Source: a virus
Taxonomy: Duplodnaviria; Caudoviricetes
Direction: 5' to 3' (one strand)
DNA length: 60,621 nt
Virus record (IMG/VR): IMGVR_UViG_3300048930_000296
Coordinates: 1 to 60,621 of that record
The notes beneath the pieces are model-generated. The model was not told the origin of the DNA, did no database searches, and saw only the letters and a list, made by a program, of their open reading frames with translations. A program made the translations under genes and the position numbers. Shown here piece by piece: positions 1 through 10,205 of this stretch (the stretch's first letter is position 1; every line of letters starts with the position of its first letter).

Positions 1-126
1 ATGGCGCAATCAGTGCAGGGTTGACCACACTTGCCGACGTCAACCTTAACAGCGAGCTTCGTGCTCCTGGCCTTATGCTTCTTTGGCAGAGCGATTCACA
101 GTGGCAGGTTATAGGATTCGATTCTT
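1..126. repeat. Terminal direct repeat, copy 1 (circular-assembly overlap)
   Basis: 1-126 is identical to 60489-60614 and lies inside a CDS. Confidence 0.95.
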
Positions 127-890
127 TCGACGGTGATGATGCTCAGTTGAACACGGTGACGCAATCATTTTCGAATGCTTGGGTCATACCCTTGCGCTTT
201 GGTTTCGTTGAAGAGAATGCGACACGCAACTTTTTTGGATATGACGCAGCTTTTGATTTGACGTTCAGAATCCTGGACAATAAGCAGCTGACGCCAGCAG
301 CGCCGGCGCAGTATCTTGGTAATGACATCTATACCGAGCCAACCTTGATGCAAGGTTCAAGCTTGTCAGATGATATCATTTCAAATCTTGATGTTTTTGA
401 TCCGGGGGTTGGTCCTGTTTCGTTCTATTCAAACTGGCTTTACAGTAAGACAGCCAAGACCTACCGCGTTGTCTGCGAAGGGTTGGACGAGATTTGGGAA
501 TTGCGTGAGTTCTTGCATCGTCGTGCTGGTAGACTGCGTGCCTTCTGGCAACCAACTTTTGAAAACGATTTGGTTTTGCAGAATACTGGAACCATAACGA
601 ACACGTTGCTCATTCAAAAGGATAACTTCATTCGTTACGCCGCTGACCGCGAAAATATTGCTGTCGAAGCTGCGGGTGTTTGGTATCCAAGAGCAATCAC
701 GCTTATCACCGAAGTTGATTCTGATACTGTTCAGCTAACCCTCAGCAGTGCTTTGAACGTTGCAGCCAACCACGTTTCTCGCGTAAGCTGGTTGGGCCTA
801 CGGCGTCTCAATACTGACCGGGTTGAGATCCGCTATATAGGCGGTGGCGTTGCTGAAGTTTCGTTCAGAACCTTGGAGATCAGTCCGTGA
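1..890 (+). CDS. Distal tail/tail assembly protein, C-terminal part (joins 59789-60488; about 529 aa in total)
   Basis: ORF 21..890 is in frame with the 59789 ORF across the overlap (shared LTTLADVNLNSELRAPG); sits between tape measure and BR0599-like gene. Confidence 0.8.
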   Translation, partial: GAISAGLTTLADVNLNSELRAPGLMLLWQSDSQWQVIGFDSFDGDDAQLNTVTQSFSNAWVIPLRFGFVEENATRNFFGYDAAFDLTFRILDNKQLTPAAPAQYLGNDIYTEPTLMQGSSLSDDIISNLDVFDPGVGPVSFYSNWLYSKTAKTYRVVCEGLDEIWELREFLHRRAGRLRAFWQPTFENDLVLQNTGTITNTLLIQKDNFIRYAADRENIAVEAAGVWYPRAITLITEVDSDTVQLTLSSALNVAANHVSRVSWLGLRRLNTDRVEIRYIGGGVAEVSFRTLEISP

Positions 891-1666
891 GCCAGCAATT
901 CGATCTCTTTCGGATTTCAATGGGCTCTTTGCTCTGGACTATGACTGCAGGCCCTGATGTAGAATACAATTCTGAGATTTATGAAGAAACGCCAATTAAA
1001 CGAAATGGAATTGAGCAAAAGAACGAAATCTCAAAGGCAACACTCGAAGTTTCAATTCCTATTGATCATCCAATTGCACTTAACCTTCTGACTACTTACA
1101 CTGAAGAAGTGATGACGATCACAATTTTCACAAAGATTGATGCAGTCTACGAAACTAGCTGGAAAGGAAGACTCGCGAGTATTAAGCCTGCTGATGAGAG
1201 CTTAACTCTGAACTTTGAATCTGTCTTCACAAGTCTTCGCAGGCCCGGTCTTCGTGCTCGCTTTCAACGTAGCTGCAGACATGCTCTCTACGGACGGGGC
1301 TGCGGTCTTGACTTTGCTGACCACGCGGTTCCAGCTACGATTACTTCAATCACAGGAACGACGCTCGTGGTTCCTGAGGCTGCTCTTCAAGCATCCGGGT
1401 ATTACACCGGGGGTATGATCGCCGCAGCTGATGGCGCGTTGTCTTACATCATATCACACACTGGATCTTCTTTGGTTCTACAACGAGTCAGTTATTCAAT
1501 TCTTTCAGAATTTGCAATTACAGGGTCCGGGACACCTGTTAATCTGTATCCAGGTTGTGACCATGCAAGATCAACTTGCATTGGAAAGTTCAATAACCTT
1601 CTCAACTACGGTGGATTTGACTGGATTCCAAATAAGAATCCGATGGGTGGGAGCTCGATAATCTAA
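887..1666 (+). CDS. Tail hub/baseplate protein, DUF2163 / phage BR0599 family
   Basis: CRHALYGRGC and PGCDHARSTCIGKFNNLLNYGGF cysteine motifs. Confidence 0.85.
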   Translation: MSQQFDLFRISMGSLLWTMTAGPDVEYNSEIYEETPIKRNGIEQKNEISKATLEVSIPIDHPIALNLLTTYTEEVMTITIFTKIDAVYETSWKGRLASIKPADESLTLNFESVFTSLRRPGLRARFQRSCRHALYGRGCGLDFADHAVPATITSITGTTLVVPEAALQASGYYTGGMIAAADGALSYIISHTGSSLVLQRVSYSILSEFAITGSGTPVNLYPGCDHARSTCIGKFNNLLNYGGFDWIPNKNPMGGSSII

Positions 1667-1893
1667 TGTGGTTCTTTTTCGCTGTCTTTGTTGTTGCGTT
1701 CGTTATTGCTTACGCAACGATGCCGAAACCGCAGACACGCAAACCAGCGGGTCTTGATGAGTTCCAGGCACCTACCGCCGAGGACGGCCGCGAAATACCT
1801 GTTCTTTTTGGAACCCGTGATCTTAACGGACCAAACGTTGTTTGGTATGGCCATCTGAACGTTACTCCAATCAAGAAGAAGCAAAAGAAATGA
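1666..1893 (+). CDS. Small tail-tip assembly protein
   Basis: Hydrophobic N-terminus then PTAEDGREIPVLFGT...NVVWYG; coupled to neighbours. Confidence 0.75.
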   Translation: MWFFFAVFVVAFVIAYATMPKPQTRKPAGLDEFQAPTAEDGREIPVLFGTRDLNGPNVVWYGHLNVTPIKKKQKK

Positions 1894-2087
1894 CTTCAGA
1901 TGTAATAGTAACTATGGAGCACGTTCGAAAGGCTCAAATGTGCTCAAGGGGTTCGCGAAAATTCTTTGAACGGCATAATCTTGATTGGAATGACTTCTTA
2001 CTGAACGGGATACCTGCGTCGAAGCTGATTCCGTTGAATGACGCAATGGCCAACGAAGTGGTGGAGATCGCTTATGGGCGGAAGTAA
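1890..2087 (+). CDS. Small tail assembly protein (65 aa)
   Basis: ATGA overlap at 1890; CSRGSRKFFERHNLDW motif typical of this position. Confidence 0.75.
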   Translation: MTSDVIVTMEHVRKAQMCSRGSRKFFERHNLDWNDFLLNGIPASKLIPLNDAMANEVVEIAYGRK

Positions 2088-4659
2088 GAAACAGACTGTT
2101 GGCTACCGATACTTTCTCGGCCAGCATATGGTTCTCTGCCATGGGCCAATTGATCTGATTACTAGAGTTGAAATTGACAAAAAGACTGCGTGGCAAGGTT
2201 CAACCACGGGTGGAACAATTTCAATCAACAACCCAGCACTATTCGGCGGTGACGATAGAGAAGGGGGCGTTTCTGGCAACGTTGATATTGATATGGGTGC
2301 TCCTGACCAATTGCAGAACAGTTATCTGCTCTCAGTTCTTGGACCAACGGTTCCAGCTTTCCGAGGTGTGGTCAGCGCAATACTCAGGCAATGCTATCTT
2401 GGAAATAGCCCATATCTCAAAGCGTGGTCTTTTCGTGCAACTCGTATTCTCAAGACGAGTAACGATGAGCCCCAGTGGTATCCTGAAAAGGCTTACATTG
2501 CAAAACCTGATCTTCCGATTGGAGTAACAGTAACATATAATCTGGATTCAACTTTCCCTTTGCTAACCGTTGGAAATCCAAGTTATCCTGCAATTGGAAT
2601 GGACTATCCTGCAACTTTGACTATTGGACCTTTTTCAGACACTCGGAGAATTGTCGCTGGCCCAAGTGGAGTTCGTGCAGACGACCGATTTGTATTTAAT
2701 GGGGTTGTTTATGATAGCTCAAATAACGCTTCAATTCCAGGTGGAACAGTTTTTGCTGAACTTCAGCCAGGGCAAACCCTTACTGTTACTGTTCGAAACA
2801 ATGTGAACATACATTGCGATGCAGGTGGAGATCTTTTAGCAGTCCCAGTTCTTTCACCTCAGCCTGACATGAACCCTGCTCACATTATTCGGGAATGCCT
2901 TACAAATCCTGATTGGGGTATGGGTTATCAAGCTTCTGATGTTGACGACGACGCTTTTTCTGCTGTTGCCGATACTCTCTTTGCTGAGGGTCTTGGTATG
3001 TCTTTGCTTTGGGACAGGCAGATTGTCATTGAAGATTTTATCAAAGAAATTGTTAGACACATTAACGCTGCGCTTTATGTTTCAAGAACAACTGGTAAAT
3101 TCGTTCTGAAGCTTATTAGAAATGATTACGTTATAGACGATCTTATCGTTCTTGATGAAAGCAATATCAGCAAAGTTTCAAATCCAAATCGCCCTACATT
3201 CGGAGAATTGTCAAACAGCGTTAGTGTTACATTCTGGGACTACTTGACCGGAAAAGATGCTAGCGTAACTGTCACGGATACGGCTCTTGTTCAAATGCAG
3301 GGGCAAGTGATTGGAACAAATATCCAATACCCCGGTTTCACGCATCGCCGAAACGCTACGCTTGCTGCTCAGCGTGATTTGAAAGCGCTTTCATCTTCCA
3401 TCTTTTCTTGCACCATTTATTGCAAGAGCATTGCGAGATCGCTGAACATAGGGGACACTTTCAAGTTCAGCTGGCCCAGATGGCAGATTTCGAATATGGT
3501 TATGCGAGTCAGTGGTATCGCATTTGGTGATGGCAAGAGCAATCAAATTAGAATTACTTGCTCTCAAGATGTCTTTTCAACTCCCGATGCTGTTGTGGTA
3601 TCAGCACCTGGAACTGAATGGGTTGATCCATCTGCGCCGCCAGTAGCTGTCATTGATCAAATGGCAGCTGAAATCCCTTACTACGAACTAGTCCAAAGTA
3701 AAGGGCAACTCGACGTTGATAATAACTTAGCTGCAGACCCTGAAATGGGCTATGTGATGGCAGCAGCTCCAAAGCCTGATGGATCAATCAATGCAAGGTT
3801 GTGGACAGATATTGGTTCGGGCTACGAGGATTCAGCAAGTCTTGACTTTTGCCCTTACGCTTTAACAGCTGACGCAATCAGCCCCGCGCAGACAAGTATC
3901 CTTCTCTCTTCCGGGTTAAATCTAGATCAAGTTGAAGTTGGTTCTTTTGTCCAGATTGGAAAAGAAAATACTAACCTTGAAATTTGTAGGGTCGATGCAA
4001 TAGACCTGAACACGAATGTTCTTACTGTGGGAAGGGGTTGTCTTGATACAACTCCAAAACCGCACGATCAGGGAACTCCGCTATTCTTCTGGGACTTGTT
4101 TAACGGCTATGACCCTATCGATTATAGCTTGGCGGAGACTGTCGCGCTGAAGATTGCAGTAGTAACAGGTTCGGGTGAGCTGAGTCTTCTTGACGCAACT
4201 GAAATGCAAGTAACTTTGGACCAAAGAGCTTGGCGCCCGTATGCTCCTGGGCAGTTTCAAATCAATGCTGAATACTATCCCGAAGATGTCAGCCCATTCA
4301 GTGGACCTTTGGAACTTACATGGGTTGGCCGTGACCGTGTTCAGCAGACATCAGGTGTTGTTTATGACCACACTTACGCAAATATCGGCCCTGAAGCTGG
4401 AACGACCTACAGAGTTCAAGGTTATGTCAACGGTTCACTTGTTCATACAGAAGAACCCGCTGTTAGCGGAACTGATTGGTCTCCGGGTGAAGGTATAGTC
4501 AGAGTGGAAGTTCACTCAAAGAGGGATGGGGTTTATTCATTCCAGCCTGCCGCGCATGACTTCTATTGCACTCTAGGTGAATTGCGAATACTTGCGGAAA
4601 GTGATGACCTGCGCTATACTGAAACCGGCGATACTGAAATTCGCGTAACCGAGGACTGA
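2074..4659 (+). CDS. Central tail tip / host-specificity protein (J-like)
   Basis: MGGSKKQTVGYRY start, PAFRGV and MNPAHIIRECLT motifs; about 860 aa. Confidence 0.85.
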   Translation: MGGSKKQTVGYRYFLGQHMVLCHGPIDLITRVEIDKKTAWQGSTTGGTISINNPALFGGDDREGGVSGNVDIDMGAPDQLQNSYLLSVLGPTVPAFRGVVSAILRQCYLGNSPYLKAWSFRATRILKTSNDEPQWYPEKAYIAKPDLPIGVTVTYNLDSTFPLLTVGNPSYPAIGMDYPATLTIGPFSDTRRIVAGPSGVRADDRFVFNGVVYDSSNNASIPGGTVFAELQPGQTLTVTVRNNVNIHCDAGGDLLAVPVLSPQPDMNPAHIIRECLTNPDWGMGYQASDVDDDAFSAVADTLFAEGLGMSLLWDRQIVIEDFIKEIVRHINAALYVSRTTGKFVLKLIRNDYVIDDLIVLDESNISKVSNPNRPTFGELSNSVSVTFWDYLTGKDASVTVTDTALVQMQGQVIGTNIQYPGFTHRRNATLAAQRDLKALSSSIFSCTIYCKSIARSLNIGDTFKFSWPRWQISNMVMRVSGIAFGDGKSNQIRITCSQDVFSTPDAVVVSAPGTEWVDPSAPPVAVIDQMAAEIPYYELVQSKGQLDVDNNLAADPEMGYVMAAAPKPDGSINARLWTDIGSGYEDSASLDFCPYALTADAISPAQTSILLSSGLNLDQVEVGSFVQIGKENTNLEICRVDAIDLNTNVLTVGRGCLDTTPKPHDQGTPLFFWDLFNGYDPIDYSLAETVALKIAVVTGSGELSLLDATEMQVTLDQRAWRPYAPGQFQINAEYYPEDVSPFSGPLELTWVGRDRVQQTSGVVYDHTYANIGPEAGTTYRVQGYVNGSLVHTEEPAVSGTDWSPGEGIVRVEVHSKRDGVYSFQPAAHDFYCTLGELRILAESDDLRYTETGDTEIRVTED

Positions 4660-4661
4660 CA

Positions 4662-5417
4662 ATGGCTGGATTAAAACGAATCACTGATCTTCCAATAGCT
4701 TCGTCAGTTCTTGGCGATGAGCTAATTGAAGTTTCTCAAGTTTCGACGACAGTCAGGATTGTCGGAACAACAATTAGTGCGCAGGCGTCTGATAACAGTT
4801 TCAACGATTCCGGAAACGGTTTTATCACAGCGGGGTTTGCTGTAGGTGATAGAGTTCGAATAACAGGGTTTACTGGAAACGTCGCCAACAATATCGTTGC
4901 TGCTGTGGTCACTGCTTTGACTGCTGGAAAAATGACGATCGGCGGCGCTGATGGTGACGTCATTGTTGATGATGCTGCGGGCGAGAGTGTCACGATTGCA
5001 AAGTGGTTCAGCCGCCGACTTGCGATCGACGATCTTCCCTCTAGTGGCGGCGGTGGTGGGCCGGTCGACGAAAGCTTGATCATCGCGGTTGGGGATGAGA
5101 CGACGAACCTTTCGACTGGGACGGCGAAGGTCACATTTCGGATGCCTTACGCCTTCACCCTGTCGGCCGTTAGAGCTTCCCTTTCCGCGGCAAGCTCCTC
5201 GGGCACCCCTACGATTGACATCAACGAGGATGGGGTGTCGATCCTTTCGACCAAGCTAACGATCGATGCGAGCGAGAAGACCTCTTTGACTGCCTTGACC
5301 CCGGCAGTCATCTCTGATCCTGACCTTGCGGACGACGCTGAGATCACAATCGACATTGATGTTTCTGGCACGAATGCCAAGGGCCTTAAGGTAATTCTGA
5401 TCGGACAGCAAGCATGA
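4662..5417 (+). CDS. Tail fibre / receptor-binding adaptor protein
   Basis: Follows tail tip gene; KRITDLP N-terminus, SSGGGGG linker, beta-rich C-terminal domain. Confidence 0.65.
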   Translation: MAGLKRITDLPIASSVLGDELIEVSQVSTTVRIVGTTISAQASDNSFNDSGNGFITAGFAVGDRVRITGFTGNVANNIVAAVVTALTAGKMTIGGADGDVIVDDAAGESVTIAKWFSRRLAIDDLPSSGGGGGPVDESLIIAVGDETTNLSTGTAKVTFRMPYAFTLSAVRASLSAASSSGTPTIDINEDGVSILSTKLTIDASEKTSLTALTPAVISDPDLADDAEITIDIDVSGTNAKGLKVILIGQQA

Positions 5418-6784
5418 GTATGATGGTTCAGTCTGGGCGCTTTGGGGCATCTGCACCGCCGCCCGATCTCACTGCACGTTATTGGCGCGTGCGGGTATAC
5501 GACAATTACAGTGGCGGGTCGACGGCTGCGATCTCGGCCGCAGAGCTTGAGATGAGGGCGACTGCTGGGGGAGCGGATCAATGTTCAGGCGGCACGCCGC
5601 TCGTCAGCAACACGAGCGAGGGATCTGCTGCTAACATCTTTGATAACAATGGCTCTACCTATTGGGTCTCAGTCAACACTGGATACGGAACCCACTTCCT
5701 TGGCTACGACTTCGGAGTTGGCAATGCTGTTGCCGTCACCGAGATCAGCTACTCGAAGCGACCGGACACTTTTGGTCGGAACGAAGCTATAACCTATGCT
5801 GACGTTCAGTATTCGAATGACGGGACAAACTGGATCACTGCTTGGTCGTTCTTCACCCTTTCCACTTGGGGAACTGGAGCTGAGACTCGAGTCTTTAACC
5901 GTGACGACGCCTTGCCGGTTGGCATCAACTGGCGCCTCTCGATTGACAAGACTGCATATAGTGAATTCGAAACAGTCACAAGCTCAGGTCTAGCCGAAGT
6001 CGAGATGCGCTTGACAGCGGGAGGTGCAGATCAGTGCAGTGGAGGTGTTGCTCTAGCCAATTCCGGAACAGCCGCAAACGCTTTCGACAACAGCACAGGA
6101 ACTTTGTGGAATCCGAGTTCAACTTCTCTACCTCACACCCTTCTCTATCAATTTGCTTCGCCGAAGGACATTCGTGAGATTGCCATAACCTCAAGAAGTG
6201 ACAGCTTCCTTGGAGATGGCACCACCGAGTTTCGCCTCCAGTCGAAAGACGGTCCTTTGGTCGACATCTTTACCTTCAAGACTGGCCCTTGGGGGCGAGG
6301 CGAGACTAGGTTGTTTAACCTAGACACTTTCGTTGAAGAGCCAGGAAAGTTCATTCGTATTCGTCCGACCGGAGTTCATGGTGGTGGATCTGCTCGCTTC
6401 TCTTGTGCTAAGATAGAGTTCAGAACCTCAGTCGGTGGTGCTGATATCTGCACTGGTGGAGTCGCCTTTGCTAGAGATTACTCAGATGCGAACTATCCTG
6501 CAAACGCTTTCGATGGCACTCTATCATCTCGATATTCACAGCGTCTTGTCGGCAACTTCTCTGGGAATCCCAGGAACTACATCGGTTATCATTTGACTTC
6601 TGAGATCGCACAAGACGTTGTTCAAGTTGCTCTGACTTGCACGAATGAGACTTTTGGTCCGAACGAAGCTCCGACTGGTTTCAAAGTAGAATATGGGATC
6701 GGTAACGTTTGGACTCTCCTCTGGGAAGAGACTAGCATCCCAACTTGGACGGCAGGCGAAACTAAGGTTTTCACCAAGCCTTAA
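5414..6784 (+). CDS. Receptor-binding protein with three tandem discoidin/F5-8C-like domains
   Basis: Three repeats of E(M/F)R..GGAD(Q/I)C(S/T)GG...AN(I/A)FD...ET(R/K)(V/L)F; last tail gene. Confidence 0.7.
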   Translation: MSMMVQSGRFGASAPPPDLTARYWRVRVYDNYSGGSTAAISAAELEMRATAGGADQCSGGTPLVSNTSEGSAANIFDNNGSTYWVSVNTGYGTHFLGYDFGVGNAVAVTEISYSKRPDTFGRNEAITYADVQYSNDGTNWITAWSFFTLSTWGTGAETRVFNRDDALPVGINWRLSIDKTAYSEFETVTSSGLAEVEMRLTAGGADQCSGGVALANSGTAANAFDNSTGTLWNPSSTSLPHTLLYQFASPKDIREIAITSRSDSFLGDGTTEFRLQSKDGPLVDIFTFKTGPWGRGETRLFNLDTFVEEPGKFIRIRPTGVHGGGSARFSCAKIEFRTSVGGADICTGGVAFARDYSDANYPANAFDGTLSSRYSQRLVGNFSGNPRNYIGYHLTSEIAQDVVQVALTCTNETFGPNEAPTGFKVEYGIGNVWTLLWEETSIPTWTAGETKVFTKP

Positions 6785-6851
6785 CGCAAGCCACGCAAGA
6801 CCTATACAGTAACCCCCAAAATTTGCCGCGCTGTGCCAGCTACAGGGTGCC

Positions 6852-6886
6852 GCGCGGCTAGGGTGGCGGCACTGCGCTAGCCGCGC
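6852..6886. terminator. GC-rich inverted repeat between convergent late and early operons
   Basis: gcgcggctag (6852-6861) pairs with ctagccgcgc (6877-6886); no U-tract. Confidence 0.45.
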
Positions 6887-6898
6887 TGTAGCGGCCCC

Positions 6899-9127
6899 TT
6901 ATGCAGCGTCAGTTTCAGTGGGCATCACACCGATGTCTCTTAGGATTCGTAATGCTTCAGCTTCATACCAGTCGTAATCAATATCCTGAGGAAATTGATC
7001 CTCGAAAGACATGACAGGCTTTGCTCCATCCGACCGCGGAACCTTGTTTCCATTCTTAGCGTAAACAAGCTCACCCTGAACGTTCTTTGCGTAATACCAG
7101 CGCACAGTCTTTCCGATGTATTCAGTATGGCCAGGAGCGCTCAGCATATCAACTGCCATCTTGTATGCCTGCTTGCCGTAGCGAGCATTCCTTTCAGTCT
7201 CGCCCTTACGGATCCAGGCGTCTTTGTTAATCTCATAGAAGCCCGCCATCTCAAGAAGTTCTTCTTCTGTCTCGTGCGGCGGTGGAGGCAAGCGATCCCA
7301 CACTTTGACAGCTCCGCCAGTGACACTGCGAACGCAGACAAACTTAGTGATATCCTGGCATGACCGGATTGTGGTCACAATCGACGTTCCGCTTGTAAGG
7401 AACGCATTCACTGCATCAACGCAGATAGTTGCCATCGGGTTCTTCTTGAGCTTTTCGTCACTTTTCTTCTTGGATGCCCACGGGTTGGCATATGCGCCCT
7501 TACCCTTTGTCCCATCCGGAACTTCAATCCAAGCTTTAGTTGCGTCATCGAATTTTTGCTTGACTGCGGTGTAGTTGTTCACATCCCGTGAGAACAAACC
7601 CATGTATCTGGTTTCTTCAGTTTCGAATCCGGTATCAATTTCCCATTGCTTGACAATCGCGTTCATGATATGCTGCGCTGCCCGGGGGCACTTGATTACG
7701 ATTCCATCTGTGTTCGCGCTGACCACAGGGATTCCCGCTAGCTCCAGTCGTTCAATAAGCATCAGCAGTGAAAGCTGACCAGTCATTGTCACTTGGAACA
7801 ACAGGTCAGGCGCGTAGAGGATTGAACATTTGCTTCCAAGCTTACCGAAAGACCCGTTGATAACGATCTTGAGTGAATCAGCAACAACCTTGTTCTTCGC
7901 GCGCTTCGCTGCTATGCGCCTTTCAACGATTCCGTGGTAGACCCGCAGGAAAGGTTCGCCCAGGTGCTTAGGGGACAGCGCTTGGTTCAGGATGATATAT
8001 GGGTAATATGACGCCACGTCTTTGTCAAAGAGAATGTTGTTCTCATCTGTGTAGTGAGCAATCGTCTCTTCGCAACTGTGCAGCCCACCAAGACCCATCT
8101 GGTAGACGCTTCCGTTTATCTTAAGCTTCAGCGATTTCACTTCGCCTGGAAGCGCAACTGAACCAGAGTCATCCACAACGAAATAGGCGTTGGCTACAGT
8201 CTCAAGCGCCCACTGCAACAAAGGTGATTGGAACCGTATGAAGTGAGGAACGTGGTATCGGTAAGCTGTTCCAATTTCGATCTTAGGTCTCTGCGCCCTT
8301 ACTCCGGTGATGCGGTAGTATTCATTTCCGATAATAGCTTCAGCAATCTGCGCATCAGACTTGCTACGCAGATCAATCTTGTATTCGTTAGATAAGGTGT
8401 AACGCAGATCAATCTGCTCAGACAACTCGTTGCGAAGGATTTCAGTGTTGCGAGTGTCGTTGACACAATACCAACGAGTGATTGTAATCTGATCGGGCGT
8501 GAGGACTGTTCCAGGTGCAAAAGGCAGATCCTGCATTCGAGGCGCGTGCAACCGTCCCGCGTATGTCTTAAGCGAAGCCATGAGCGGCGCGACTTCAATA
8601 ATGTCAATGTGGTCGCAATAGTAAGCCTTCAACTTGTTGGCTTTCAGGATGTCGCTTCCGCGAAACCCGTTGACGATAATGTTGTGCGTTGCTTCAAATA
8701 ACTTGCGCGGGCGCCATCCATAGGACGCCATCAGCAGAATCGGAAGGTCGTAATTGTTCGAGTTATACCCGATGGTTGTTGCTGACTTCATCAACCACAT
8801 CAGCAACTGTGCGTTCAGAGGTTCACCTCCCTCAACCTCTTCAAAGTAACAAACTCCACCTGACTGGACATGCGTGAAAACAACTAGGAAATAATTCGGG
8901 TAAGATTCGACGTCAACAATGAACTGCTCTTTTCGAGCAATCGCATCACTTACTTCACCGACACTCATTAGTTTTACGGGGAAGCGCCTGGCTTCTTCAA
9001 GGCCTGGGAGATAATCAGGGCGAAGCCATGTTGCTTCGGGCGGAATGCGCTTTGCTTTCTCAGCTTTAGGAGGCTTCGGGGGCGGGGTATCGTCCCAAAA
9101 GAATCCAACCATGTCATTCCGAGCCAT
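6899..9127 (-). CDS. DNA polymerase, family B, with 3'-5' exonuclease
   Basis: Exo motifs VDVESY, YNSNNYD, YCVND; polymerase motifs DVASYYP, KIVINGSFG, NTDG. Confidence 0.9.
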   Translation of the reverse strand: MARNDMVGFFWDDTPPPKPPKAEKAKRIPPEATWLRPDYLPGLEEARRFPVKLMSVGEVSDAIARKEQFIVDVESYPNYFLVVFTHVQSGGVCYFEEVEGGEPLNAQLLMWLMKSATTIGYNSNNYDLPILLMASYGWRPRKLFEATHNIIVNGFRGSDILKANKLKAYYCDHIDIIEVAPLMASLKTYAGRLHAPRMQDLPFAPGTVLTPDQITITRWYCVNDTRNTEILRNELSEQIDLRYTLSNEYKIDLRSKSDAQIAEAIIGNEYYRITGVRAQRPKIEIGTAYRYHVPHFIRFQSPLLQWALETVANAYFVVDDSGSVALPGEVKSLKLKINGSVYQMGLGGLHSCEETIAHYTDENNILFDKDVASYYPYIILNQALSPKHLGEPFLRVYHGIVERRIAAKRAKNKVVADSLKIVINGSFGKLGSKCSILYAPDLLFQVTMTGQLSLLMLIERLELAGIPVVSANTDGIVIKCPRAAQHIMNAIVKQWEIDTGFETEETRYMGLFSRDVNNYTAVKQKFDDATKAWIEVPDGTKGKGAYANPWASKKKSDEKLKKNPMATICVDAVNAFLTSGTSIVTTIRSCQDITKFVCVRSVTGGAVKVWDRLPPPPHETEEELLEMAGFYEINKDAWIRKGETERNARYGKQAYKMAVDMLSAPGHTEYIGKTVRWYYAKNVQGELVYAKNGNKVPRSDGAKPVMSFEDQFPQDIDYDWYEAEALRILRDIGVMPTETDAA

Positions 9128-10083
9128 TACATGCGCATCCCGATAATGGCCCCGCGCAAGCGCTCGCCAAAGAACATTGTCGGTTCAGGGTATCTTGTAA
9201 AGTCCGCGTGCGTTGCAACACCAGCCAACAAGCTGAGCATCTTGATCTGGTAAGCGCCTTCAAACCCAAGACCGTCGACCGCGTAACCGGCGCCGCTTTC
9301 CAAGTCATCGTTCTCAGTTCGGAGCATACCGTTTCTGATGTAGACCCTTCCCGCCTTATCCGTGAAACCGTCCAAGCTTGCAAGCGCTTCGAAGAGCCTT
9401 GGGTCAATTGGGGTTGGCTTGGATTGAACGTCAAGAATCTTGGTAAGCTCTGGCCAAGTGGTTTCCAAGAGCTGCGTGCGGATCCACCGCCCGTCACTGT
9501 AATGGAATGTGACCGAGTTAGTGTCCATCTGGGCGTAAGTAGGTGGCTCATCAATCCGAAGCATTTCAGTGATTGCCACTTCGGGAATGTTGATTACTTC
9601 AGGAAAGTTTGCAGCCAGCCAATACTCAATCAGGCAGACGTTATTCGTAGCGAATGCTGATTGACCACGCAGAAGCACCCCGTTCGTCCACGGCCGAGAC
9701 GCATCATCTCCAATGAACGGTGAAATGACTTTCAGTGCGTTCAGCAGTGCTGCTCCGTCAAAGTCAACCCTTACACCAGCAGGTTCAACATGATGCGTTT
9801 CACCTTCAATGCAGTCAACAAAGACGTGAAACGGTCCACTTGAGATTTCAAGCTTGCCGTTCGCGCAGAACGTCATCGTCATAACATCCTTGCACCGGCT
9901 AATCGCCTTCACCAGCTTGTCAGCTTTCGGAATGCAATCAATGTCGCAATCAATTGGACTGCACAGTGCCAGAACGCCATTGTATGAACGGACAAAACCC
10001 CCTTCAATCCTGAAGTGCGTCATTGCGGGCATCAGATCGCGCTTGGCAACTGCACCCTGAACAAACTTCAACTCCTTCAGCAT
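9127..10083 (-). CDS. DNA sliding clamp (Pol III beta-like)
   Basis: Starts MLKELKFVQGAVAKRD; DASRPWTNGVLL..AFATN pattern, C-terminal GMRM; adjacent to polymerase. Confidence 0.75.
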   Translation of the reverse strand: MLKELKFVQGAVAKRDLMPAMTHFRIEGGFVRSYNGVLALCSPIDCDIDCIPKADKLVKAISRCKDVMTMTFCANGKLEISSGPFHVFVDCIEGETHHVEPAGVRVDFDGAALLNALKVISPFIGDDASRPWTNGVLLRGQSAFATNNVCLIEYWLAANFPEVINIPEVAITEMLRIDEPPTYAQMDTNSVTFHYSDGRWIRTQLLETTWPELTKILDVQSKPTPIDPRLFEALASLDGFTDKAGRVYIRNGMLRTENDDLESGAGYAVDGLGFEGAYQIKMLSLLAGVATHADFTRYPEPTMFFGERLRGAIIGMRM

Positions 10084-10205
10084 TGCTTGAACTCCAAAAC
10101 AATGCCAAAGCACGGGATCGGAAAGATGTAAAGCTTGCGCTTTTTCGAATCCCAGAACAACCCAATCCAGAAGTCATACCAGGCAAAGATTGGTCTAATT
10201 TTCAT
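10077..10205 (-). CDS. Small aromatic/hydrophobic protein (42 aa, MKIRPIFAWYDFWIGLFWD...)
   Basis: Not in ORF track; ATG overlaps dpdA stop (TGATG) and its end overlaps the clamp start. Confidence 0.7.
   Translation of the reverse strand: MKIRPIFAWYDFWIGLFWDSKKRKLYIFPIPCFGIVLEFKQC

Noticed and set aside
1-126. Biological direct terminal repeat
   Set aside because: It falls in the middle of a tail gene and its length is typical of an assembler k-mer overlap.
5414-6784. Diversity-generating retroelement target
   Set aside because: No reverse transcriptase gene, and the repeats are too diverged to be a TR/VR pair.
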